This document shows, in pieces, positions 50,856-57,783 of a stretch of DNA of 57,783 bases; the stretch's first letter is position 1, and the number at the start of each line of letters is the position of its first letter. The position numbers and the translations under genes are program-made. This DNA is from a virus: IMG/VR virus record IMGVR_UViG_3300045988_161144, positions 1 through 57,783 of that record. One strand, given 5' to 3'. Under the pieces are notes generated by a model. That model saw nothing but the letters and a program-made list of their open reading frames with translations, was not told where the DNA came from and searched no databases.

Positions 50856-51091
50856 CTGGAGGATTAATAAATATTAATAATGATTGTAATCAGTGTATGA
50901 AGTGTGTGGAAGTCTGCCAAAGTGGAATATTAGCAGAAGTTTTCACAAACATAGTTAAAATCACACTAAACGGTAAGTACTTCTACTTCGGAAAATATGT
51001 TCAGGGATGCACTTATTGTGAATCCTGTAGGGACATCTGCGAACAAAAAGCCATATGGATTATACATCCAGGACGGGAGGAACTACAATGA
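50852..51091 (+). CDS. 2x[4Fe-4S] ferredoxin-like protein (79 aa)
   Basis: Two CxxCxxCxxxC clusters: CNQCMKCVEVC and CTYCESCRDIC. Confidence 0.55.
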   Translation: MTGGLININNDCNQCMKCVEVCQSGILAEVFTNIVKITLNGKYFYFGKYVQGCTYCESCRDICEQKAIWIIHPGREELQ

Positions 51092-51549
51092 GAATAAAAT
51101 GTAAGAAAAGAGCAGATGGTTGGATACCAGTTAAAGGAAATGAAGAAGAAATAATTGATTTTTTATGGGGACAGCAAAGAGAATATTTTAATAATCACGA
51201 TGGTTACTTCGTTAAATTAAATGATGATGGAAGTATAGCTGTATCTGATGGGCAACCTTCTTTCGGAGAGTATATCGCAGTACCATTTTCTATAGCTAGC
51301 CAAGATATGATAAAGATACTTCAAGCTCAAAATTTTGTAAGTTTGGCTATGGAAAGCGATGGGACAATAGACACATTATTAAAAAATTGGAGGGTAAAAA
51401 CTACAACTAAAACCTTTGCAGTAACCCAGAATGATATTCTTATCTTTAATATGGATTGGAAAATTGTGGATTGTTTAAGGAACGAACAAAATCAATTGTA
51501 TAGGGATATTTTAGAAGCTAATGATTACATTGTGGAACGAGATGATTAG
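51088..51549 (+). CDS. Hypothetical protein (153 aa), paralog of 52349..52894
   Basis: ATG after RBS GGGAGG; shared N- and C-terminal motifs (IKCKK....GNEEEII / DILIFN....NDYIVE). Confidence 0.4.
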   Translation: MRIKCKKRADGWIPVKGNEEEIIDFLWGQQREYFNNHDGYFVKLNDDGSIAVSDGQPSFGEYIAVPFSIASQDMIKILQAQNFVSLAMESDGTIDTLLKNWRVKTTTKTFAVTQNDILIFNMDWKIVDCLRNEQNQLYRDILEANDYIVERDD

Positions 51550-51574
51550 ACGATACAATAAAAGAGAAGATAAA

Positions 51575-51823
51575 ATGAAAACCGTACATTTAAACATACA
51601 TGATGACCTGCATCAGTACCTCTTAAAAGTTAAAGAGGAAGCAGGTAAAACAGATTACAATATCACCATATCTGATATTATTCGTGCAAGTATGGTATAC
51701 TTCCTCACAGACCTGGATCTTTATACAAGTTCGGATAAAGATGCATTACTGTTAATACAAGCACAAAACAGTTTATACAATGAACATATGTATAATGAGT
51801 TAAATCGTTTACCATTCAAATAA
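51575..51823 (+). CDS. Small RHH-like protein (82 aa) MKTVHLNIHDDLHQYL...
   Basis: ATG with upstream AAGAGAAG; the track ORF start at 51521 overlaps the preceding gene. Confidence 0.35.
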   Translation: MKTVHLNIHDDLHQYLLKVKEEAGKTDYNITISDIIRASMVYFLTDLDLYTSSDKDALLLIQAQNSLYNEHMYNELNRLPFK

Positions 51824-51859
51824 AAATGAGGACATAAATATATTAAAAGAGAAGATAAA

Positions 51860-52294
51860 ATGATATTCGGCGATTTAAATTTAGGAATTGATGAATTCTT
51901 TGTAGGGATGACTGGACATATTAACCCTGCGGCAGTTTTTATGATACAATATGATAGGAAGAAAGGTAATACTCGGGAAATACTTGATTTTATTAATAAA
52001 GAGTATGTCGAAGAGTATTCTTATGATGTGTTACTACCACATTATGAAAGGACATATAATAAGGGACATGTTTCAGGTTTGAATATACTTTTCACTGAGG
52101 AGTTTATTAATAATCCTGATGTAAAATTATGTTTTAATGAGACTGAACCTTTTACATTAAAACATAATGATTATTTGATGTTTGTGATTTCTGAGGATAA
52201 TAAGTTATATGTTAGTACTGTTATGGAAAGTGAAGCAGAATTTATGTTTAATAATTGGATTGTGGAAGAATTATGCTCATTCTTGAAAGACTAA
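51860..52294 (+). CDS. Hypothetical protein (144 aa)
   Basis: ORF with AAGAGAAG upstream. Confidence 0.4.
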   Translation: MIFGDLNLGIDEFFVGMTGHINPAAVFMIQYDRKKGNTREILDFINKEYVEEYSYDVLLPHYERTYNKGHVSGLNILFTEEFINNPDVKLCFNETEPFTLKHNDYLMFVISEDNKLYVSTVMESEAEFMFNNWIVEELCSFLKD

Positions 52295-52348
52295 AAGAGA
52301 GGAGTGAGTCATAATATTAGTAAGTTTCTTAAGGAGTAAGTGTTTTTT

Positions 52349-52894
52349 ATGGTAATAATTTGTAAAAAAAAATCAAGTGAATATAAACCGATCAGAGGGA
52401 ATGAGTTGGAAATTATCGCAAAATTAATGGAAAGTAAATATTATGATGAATCAGAAGTCACTTTTAAAAATGATGATGTATATTTCACAATAACAAACGA
52501 ATATGGTGAAGAAGAAAATTTTAAAAACTTTAAAGACGCCTATTTTAGGATTGAGGAAAATGGGGAAGTAATTTTTAAGTATAATAATCCAGACTCATTA
52601 GAATATATTGCAGTAATATTCGACATATGTAAAATTGATTCAGTATATGCTCATTGGTTGCTTTTAACCCCAAATATCAAATCAATACGAAGACTTCAAA
52701 CAATCCCTATAACATGGGAATTACAACTACATAATTCATACTTTGCAAACAACCAAGTCCTTACAATGTCCTCTGGTGACATATTAATATTTAATAGGAA
52801 ATCAAGAAAAATCCATACAGTATTAGAAAGAATAGATGAAGATGTAGAAGAAACTTTGCGAAAAAACGATTATATAATTATTGAAAAGGAGTAG
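52349..52894 (+). CDS. Hypothetical protein (181 aa), paralog of 51088..51549
   Basis: ATG 10 nt after AAGGAG; paralogy. Confidence 0.4.
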   Translation: MVIICKKKSSEYKPIRGNELEIIAKLMESKYYDESEVTFKNDDVYFTITNEYGEEENFKNFKDAYFRIEENGEVIFKYNNPDSLEYIAVIFDICKIDSVYAHWLLLTPNIKSIRRLQTIPITWELQLHNSYFANNQVLTMSSGDILIFNRKSRKIHTVLERIDEDVEETLRKNDYIIIEKE

Positions 52895-52900
52895 AAAATT

Positions 52901-53431
52901 ATGGCAATTGTAGGAAACAAATACTGGGAAGAAAATGGTGACACAATAATAGAACCATTCGAACCTGATCATATACAACCTAATGGAATAGATTTAAGAT
53001 TAGCAAATAAATTAATAGATTACAATAACCTTGGAAAGATAGATTCCAAAAACAAGATACCTCACGGGAAAACATTAACTTGTCAAAAGAATAGTGGTTT
53101 TGTACTTAAACCACATAGTTTCTATCTCGGAACTACATATGAAGAAATATCTATACCTCCAAGTTATATTGGGAAAGTTGAAGGTCGTTCAAGTGTTGGT
53201 AGATTGGGAGTTACTGTTCATGTAACTGCTGGATTTATTGATACTGGTTTTAAAGGTCATGTGACTTTGGAACTTGCAAATTTATCAAATAATGAAGTTG
53301 TAGTTTATCCTATGCAAAGGGTTTGCCAATTAGTATTTGAAAACTGTATTTGTACAGATAAACTATATAATGGGAAGTATCAAGACCAAATCATGCCTCA
53401 ACCGAGTTTAATAAATTTTGATAAGGATTAA
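52901..53431 (+). CDS. dcd: dCTP deaminase / dUTPase-family enzyme (176 aa)
   Basis: IQPNGIDLRL, LKPHSFYLGTTYEEISIP, GKVEGRSSVGRLGVTVHVTAGFIDTGFKGHVTLELAN, QLVF match Dcd/dUTPase beta-barrel motifs. Confidence 0.65.
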   Translation: MAIVGNKYWEENGDTIIEPFEPDHIQPNGIDLRLANKLIDYNNLGKIDSKNKIPHGKTLTCQKNSGFVLKPHSFYLGTTYEEISIPPSYIGKVEGRSSVGRLGVTVHVTAGFIDTGFKGHVTLELANLSNNEVVVYPMQRVCQLVFENCICTDKLYNGKYQDQIMPQPSLINFDKD

Positions 53432-53507
53432 TTACTTTAATATCCTTTTTTCTTTTTTTCTTTTACTAATCTCCTGAAAAAAATTATTTTAGGAGTTGAA
53501 TGTAAAT

Positions 53508-54173
53508 ATGTCTAAAATTAAGAATGTAGTGATTGATTATCGTGAAGGAAGTCGTGTTTCCTCTGCTAAAAGCTTTTTCGAGGATTACAATGTAATCACT
53601 ACAACTTTGCAACATGGTGATTTCTTATTTCAAAATGATACTGATAATATGAATGTATTATTTGAGTATAAGACTGGTAATGATTTTTTAACAAGTATTA
53701 ATAATAAACATATATTTAATCAGACAGTTAGAGCTTGTCAGAATTATAAATATCAGTTTATTATTGTGCAGGTTCATGACATGAAATCATTGATTGATAG
53801 ATTTTTTTATCAATCTGGTGTTGATATGAGTATAGAGCAGGTTAATGGTGCAGTTGCTTCATTAAATACTATTTCTACAGTATTATTTGCTGATACATTA
53901 TATGATTCTTTTGATTTAATGTATCGTCAAGCAACAAAGGTTTTTGAGGATAAGCCATTGACTTATAAGTTTCAGAAGAAGAGTATGAATCCAGCATTGA
54001 ATTTTTTGCATGGGATTCATGGTATTGATAAGCAGGTGGAAGTGATTGTTGATAAATTTAACTTGTATTCATTATATGATTTATTTAATTTAACAGAAAA
54101 TGACTTAAAAACAGTACCTAATATAGGTGAAGCTAAAGCAAAAAACATATATAAAGCAATACATGGAGAATAA
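53508..54173 (+). CDS. XPF/Hef-like structure-specific nuclease (ERCC4 domain + C-terminal helix-hairpin-helix), 221 aa
   Basis: VVIDYREGS...GDFLF........VLFEYKTGNDFLTSI resembles ERCC4 (GD[YF]....ERK..DL..S); C-terminal LTENDLKTVPNIGEAKAKNIYKAI is HhH. Confidence 0.45.
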   Translation: MSKIKNVVIDYREGSRVSSAKSFFEDYNVITTTLQHGDFLFQNDTDNMNVLFEYKTGNDFLTSINNKHIFNQTVRACQNYKYQFIIVQVHDMKSLIDRFFYQSGVDMSIEQVNGAVASLNTISTVLFADTLYDSFDLMYRQATKVFEDKPLTYKFQKKSMNPALNFLHGIHGIDKQVEVIVDKFNLYSLYDLFNLTENDLKTVPNIGEAKAKNIYKAIHGE

Positions 54174-54177
54174 TTAA

Positions 54178-54603
54178 ATGAAGCATAAAGAAAATCGCAT
54201 ACAATACTTAATAGATAAATATGGTGAAACCAAAATTGCACCCTACGAATGCTTATCAAAAGACTCACGAGCAAAAATAAACCAACAATACTACAAAAAC
54301 AACATACAAAAAAATAGAGTACAACAAATACTAAATGAAACAAATACTACAAAACAGATAGAAACAGAAGTACACGAATTAATACAAAAAACAGAATTAA
54401 AACAATTATGTCCAAAATGTAAAGAAGAACAAATCATATCCACAATAATACTATTCATAATAAGAACATACAACAACAACTTCATAGAAGAAAGAACAAG
54501 AATCTGGAAAAAATACAAACTAAACTGGAAAATATACAGTAGAATAATCGCAAACCTATTAAAAAATATGCGAAAGAACCAACCAATCAAAAAACAAGTT
54601 TGA
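54178..54603 (+). CDS. Lys-rich hypothetical protein (141 aa)
   Basis: ORF, last gene of plus-strand operon. Confidence 0.35.
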   Translation: MKHKENRIQYLIDKYGETKIAPYECLSKDSRAKINQQYYKNNIQKNRVQQILNETNTTKQIETEVHELIQKTELKQLCPKCKEEQIISTIILFIIRTYNNNFIEERTRIWKKYKLNWKIYSRIIANLLKNMRKNQPIKKQV

Positions 54604-54624
54604 AAAAAATAAAAGGGTAGTTAA

Positions 54625-54656
54625 TAAGGTAGAGAATTGGAAACCACCCTACCTTA
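54625..54656. terminator. Hairpin TAAGGTAG-(16 nt)-CTACCTTA between convergent genes; candidate bidirectional terminator
   Basis: Perfect 8-bp stems read directly. Confidence 0.4.
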
Positions 54657-54684
54657 CAATACATATATTTCTACAACAATATAT

Positions 54685-55260
54685 TTAAAGGGTTGAGTTA
54701 ATAGCCTCTTCAGATAACCATTCCCTTGAACTATTACCTATAGTCTCAACATTGTCCACTAATACACAATCCTTCAAACCACTACCTAAACTACGGATCT
54801 CCAAAACATCACATTTAATTTCAAGTAAATTCACAGTATTCTTCCAAGCCAAATCATTAGAATAATCTGTAGAACTCATAATATTTAACTTATTAGCATC
54901 ACTACGATTCATGATTATAAATTCGGATTCGGTCATAAATACTACTTTAGAATCACCGAGTTCTTTCAACCAATTTAATGTGCCTTGGTCATAATCCATA
55001 TAGGAAGAATCACTATCTTTCAAAAATGATGTCATGGATTGGGGTTGGCTATTATATATTTCATAGGTTTCCCCAACTGATATTGGTTCATTATTATTGT
55101 CTGCGAAAAGTAGGAAATAACTACATACACAGCCAATAATTGCTACAAGAACAATCAATAAAATTATTATTTTATCTTTTTTATCCATTGTTTTTACACC
55201 TCTGGATAATAGATTGGTATAAAGTAGATTATATTTTTTATCATTGCACAAAGTTTTCAT
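54685..55260 (-). CDS. Membrane-anchored protein (191 aa; likely start at internal MDKKDK; single N-terminal TM then extracytoplasmic domain); lysis-cassette associated
   Basis: TM IIILLIVLVAIIGCVCSYFLLF; adjacent to Pei-like gene. Confidence 0.4.
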   Translation of the reverse strand: MKTLCNDKKYNLLYTNLLSRGVKTMDKKDKIIILLIVLVAIIGCVCSYFLLFADNNNEPISVGETYEIYNSQPQSMTSFLKDSDSSYMDYDQGTLNWLKELGDSKVVFMTESEFIIMNRSDANKLNIMSSTDYSNDLAWKNTVNLLEIKCDVLEIRSLGSGLKDCVLVDNVETIGNSSREWLSEEAINSTL

Positions 55261-55435
55261 AAACTATTTCTTGTGAATCAACCAAATCAAATTTGTTCCT
55301 TAAAGAGTTAATCACTAATTGCAAATCCATAACTTCTTCTATCAAACCATATTCTTCATACAATTTATTACATTCTTGTTGTAAATTATCTAATGTTTCT
55401 TTTAAACTTTCTTTTGCTTCTGTCATAATTCTCAC
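55241..55435 (-). CDS. Small coiled-coil protein (64 aa)
   Basis: ORF overlapping both neighbours. Confidence 0.35.
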   Translation of the reverse strand: MRIMTEAKESLKETLDNLQQECNKLYEEYGLIEEVMDLQLVINSLRNKFDLVDSQEIVYENFVQ

Positions 55436-56367
55436 CCTTTTGTTAAGATTGCAACACTCGGTTGGCTAATTCCTCTCATATAAGATAATTGATTTGACTT
55501 ACTACGAGTTTCTATATACCCACAATATGCAGGTTTATTACACCTGTTACCTAAACTGTTTAAAACAGTCACATTATTACCATTCACTGATTTAAGAACT
55601 TCATAATGCCCCCATTTATTATAGTATAATATGTGACAAAATACAGCCCCATTTGATGCATACTGGTTTAATTTATTCCATCTTGCTGAATCAGAACTTC
55701 CTAAATCATTGAAGTTTTTCCAAGTAATTTTAATGTTCTGTCCATATTTGCGATTAAACCAAGCTACAGCTGTATTAATACCTTGATGACCTGTACCTGA
55801 AGTTGTTGTTCCAGCTACACTTGCTATTGTAGATTCTGATATATGAATGCCAGTTAAACGATAGAATGCTTGTTGTAGACTATTACAAGCACAATAATAT
55901 GGTGTGCATTGTCCCATACCTGCACATCCTTTATTTGTTAAATAATTATGTAATTTATTATTGTTTGTAGTATTTTGTACTGATGTATTGCCAGTTAAAT
56001 ATACTATTGCGGGACTCACACCATTTTTAACTTCATATGCTGATACTCTGCGACACATATCTACATAAGTATCTTTCATATACTTCTTACCATTTTTATC
56101 AATCACATAATTTGGTAAAAAGCTTAAATCTTTGTTATCATGTATGGCACATTCTACAAATTCAGTTATAAGACTGTCAGATTGGTAATTAGTACCTCTT
56201 TCTTTAATCACTCGAATTATTGTACCGTAATCTGCACTACGGTTCATATATCCATATATATTTCTTGTATTGAATTTTTTATTATTATTAACAAGCCAGT
56301 AAGCAATTCTATTACAAATATTACTATAATTTGTATAGTTTGTAGATTCTCTATCCATTTTTATCAC
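55432..56367 (-). CDS. Putative pseudomurein endoisopeptidase-like endolysin (311 aa): N-terminal pseudomurein-binding-repeat-like region plus C-terminal Cys/His peptidase domain
   Basis: Length and architecture like PeiW/PeiP (about 305 aa); PNYV-containing repeats in N-half; C-half with conserved Cys (GQCTPYYCACNSLQQAF) and His (YYNKWGHYEVL) blocks; unverified by search. Confidence 0.5.
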   Translation of the reverse strand: MIKMDRESTNYTNYSNICNRIAYWLVNNNKKFNTRNIYGYMNRSADYGTIIRVIKERGTNYQSDSLITEFVECAIHDNKDLSFLPNYVIDKNGKKYMKDTYVDMCRRVSAYEVKNGVSPAIVYLTGNTSVQNTTNNNKLHNYLTNKGCAGMGQCTPYYCACNSLQQAFYRLTGIHISESTIASVAGTTTSGTGHQGINTAVAWFNRKYGQNIKITWKNFNDLGSSDSARWNKLNQYASNGAVFCHILYYNKWGHYEVLKSVNGNNVTVLNSLGNRCNKPAYCGYIETRSKSNQLSYMRGISQPSVAILTKG

Positions 56368-56501
56368 TTCCTTTTAATAGGCATTTGTTGTTGCGGTAGT
56401 AGCAACATTTTTCTACTTCTTCGTTTTTATCATGTTTACATTCATGGTCGCATTTTAAATTATTCATGGTTTTTTCTCTCTTTTTTTATTTTTTTTCGTA
56501 G

Positions 56502-56521
56502 GTTTATTATTCAAACATACT
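56502..56521. repeat. Inverted repeat left copy GTTTATTATTCAAACATACT (19/20 match to rc of 57582..57601); weaker similarity continues about 25 nt
   Basis: Direct comparison; both copies encode VYYSNIL in their respective strands. Confidence 0.85.
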
Positions 56522-57047
56522 GCAAGTTGAGGATTGTATTAAATATGGTTTTAAAGATTCTGATACTTGGGTTAATCCAACTGGACATTCTTCGACTAAT
56601 AATGTGGTTGATGGGGTCTTTACAAGCACCAGTAACAGTAGTAAAGGAGATAGTATACTTCAATTAGACCTTACTGGAGATTTCATAATCACATATGATG
56701 CACAATGGCAAAAATCAACAAGATGTGGAATCGGAGCAAAAGACACTACTCGTACATACCATTTCGATAGTGGAACAGACACTAACTTCAAAACTCAAAA
56801 ATACATCTACTGGGACGGCACTAAAGAAACAGAAACCCACTATTCTGAATCTACTCAAACTACTTACTGCCCATGTAAAATTATTAAAAGTGATGGACAT
56901 TTAAAAGGATATATGAATGATAAATTAGTCTGTGATTTGTCATATCCTTGGATAAGTCAGTGTACGGTTTGGAATTTCCATACAACAATTTGGAATCCAT
57001 CAACTATTAAAATCAAGAACTTGAAGATTAAACCTTATTCAGAATAA
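56502..57047 (+). CDS. Promoterless, start-less alternative tail-fibre C-terminal cassette (181 codons after an in-frame TAG; begins VYYSNILQVEDC..., ends ...KNLKIKPYSE)
   Basis: Open frame begins immediately after a stop with no ATG for 34 codons; first 12 aa and last 10 aa match the resident C-terminus of the tail fibre on the opposite strand. Confidence 0.5.
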   Translation, partial: VYYSNILQVEDCIKYGFKDSDTWVNPTGHSSTNNVVDGVFTSTSNSSKGDSILQLDLTGDFIITYDAQWQKSTRCGIGAKDTTRTYHFDSGTDTNFKTQKYIYWDGTKETETHYSESTQTTYCPCKIIKSDGHLKGYMNDKLVCDLSYPWISQCTVWNFHTTIWNPSTIKIKNLKIKPYSE

Positions 57048-57783
57048 TGTTTGATTTTAAGGTTTTTAACCTTCTGAATCCTGTTTCTGTTTGTGTAAAA
57101 ACAGAAATACTGGGTATCACAAGTTTTACCTTGATGTTTGTTTAATATTAATTCACCATTTTGGTACAATTTGACATTATTGGGTTCTACAATGAACTTC
57201 AAGTGGTCATTAGGGTTAATATCTCGTGTTATGTTTGCTTCAGTTTTACTTGAGCTTGTGCTTGAAGGATATGTACTGATTATGAATTTGTTTGTTCCAC
57301 TATCCCAATGACTCCCATACCAAAAAGTATCTCCAGAATATTTGGCATCAGGGTATAGTTCTAAACCCATTTTTTGGTTTCCTCCTCCATCTACCCAGTC
57401 AAATTCGATAGTGTATGGTGGAGTGAAGTATTTGCTTGGTAATCTATATTGTTGTTCGGAATTACTGTTTGTACTAAATTTAGTACCCTCTGAATCAATA
57501 TTTACAATAATGTCACTTGTTCTAACCCATCTGTCGGATTCACTGGTCATAGTATCATAAACTAAACAATCTTCAAGGTTTAGTATATTTGAATAATAAA
57601 CATTCGTTCCAGATAAGTATTTGACTTTCACATTTACATCACCAGCACCATTACAATTATAATTAAATACTGCATTACCAGTATTATCAGTAGTAACACT
57701 ATCCGCAACCTCTGCATCATTCAATAATACAGTTAAAGCAGTATTCTTAAGATTAGATGATAAGGTGATTGGTAAATCATCAC
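57035..57783 (-). CDS. Tail fibre / adhesin C-terminal part including receptor-binding-like domain (ends ...KNLKIKHYSE); N-terminus continues across junction to 1478
   Basis: Frame open to window end; identical 79 nt at 1..79 in same phase as ORF starting at 1478. Confidence 0.6.
   Translation of the reverse strand, partial: DDLPITLSSNLKNTALTVLLNDAEVADSVTTDNTGNAVFNYNCNGAGDVNVKVKYLSGTNVYYSNILNLEDCLVYDTMTSESDRWVRTSDIIVNIDSEGTKFSTNSNSEQQYRLPSKYFTPPYTIEFDWVDGGGNQKMGLELYPDAKYSGDTFWYGSHWDSGTNKFIISTYPSSTSSSKTEANITRDINPNDHLKFIVEPNNVKLYQNGELILNKHQGKTCDTQYFCFYTNRNRIQKVKNLKIKHYSE
57582..57601. repeat. Inverted repeat right copy AGTATATTTGAATAATAAAC within tail fibre gene
   Basis: See left copy. Confidence 0.85.
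57705..57783. repeat. Terminal direct repeat, identical to 1..79
   Basis: Direct comparison. Confidence 0.9.

Noticed and set aside
56502-57601. Diversity-generating retroelement as explanation for the variable fibre C-terminus
   Set aside because: No reverse transcriptase gene or template repeat is found anywhere in the window. The inverted-repeat and cassette geometry fits DNA inversion instead.
1-57783. Terminal 79-bp direct repeats as attL/attR of an integrated prophage
   Set aside because: The repeat sits inside a continuous protein-coding frame that is seamlessly restored when the ends are joined. Int is central, not terminal. Circular-contig overlap is the simpler explanation, although longer att-like repeats cannot be excluded without flanking sequence.

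Overview
The window is AT-rich (about 30% GC by eye) and is almost entirely one mobile element: a temperate head-tail (siphovirus-like) archaeal virus or provirus. The host is inferred to be a pseudomurein-walled methanogen (Methanobrevibacter/Methanosphaera-like), based on an archaeal HMf-type histone gene, Pei-like and transglutaminase-like cell-wall peptidase domains, and the low GC. The first and last 79 nt are identical, and one minus-strand reading frame runs seamlessly across that junction, so the window is most simply a circularly permuted complete genome of about 57.7 kb. Positions 57783 to 13139 (read across the junction, minus strand) hold the morphogenesis genes. They comprise small membrane proteins, TerS, TerL, portal, scaffold, putative capsid protein, connector proteins, major tail protein with an Ig-like C-terminus, chaperone-like genes, a 2250-aa tape measure protein with a transglutaminase-like C-terminal domain, a Dit-like protein, and giant adhesin-like tail proteins. 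One of those carries a transglutaminase-like cysteine peptidase core and a zinc ribbon. The junction-spanning 715-aa tail fibre has an alternative promoterless C-terminal cassette in inverted orientation, flanked by 20-bp inverted repeats. This looks like a Mu G-segment-style invertible host-range switch. Beside it lie a PeiW/PeiP-like endolysin and a membrane protein. Positions 31715-34048 encode an amidoligase-like and class-II glutamine-amidotransferase-like gene pair. Positions 34050-36283 are a 2.2-kb non-coding region with eight TTAATTCGTAGAT iteron-like repeats, other tandem repeats and a hairpin. The plus-strand module (36284-54603) encodes an archaeal histone, RHH-like regulators and a tyrosine integrase. 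It also holds a putative RecT-like annealing protein, an SF3-like ATPase, a PCNA-like clamp, an XPF-like nuclease, and a 2x[4Fe-4S] ferredoxin. A nucleotide-metabolism set is present too: guanylate/dNMP-kinase-like, thymidylate-synthase-like and dCTP-deaminase-like genes. A strongly strand-asymmetric low-complexity region (30906-31700) upstream of TerS may hold the pac site or origin. No rRNA, tRNA, CRISPR array or reverse transcriptase was recognised. The functional calls rest on motif recognition by eye, not database searches.
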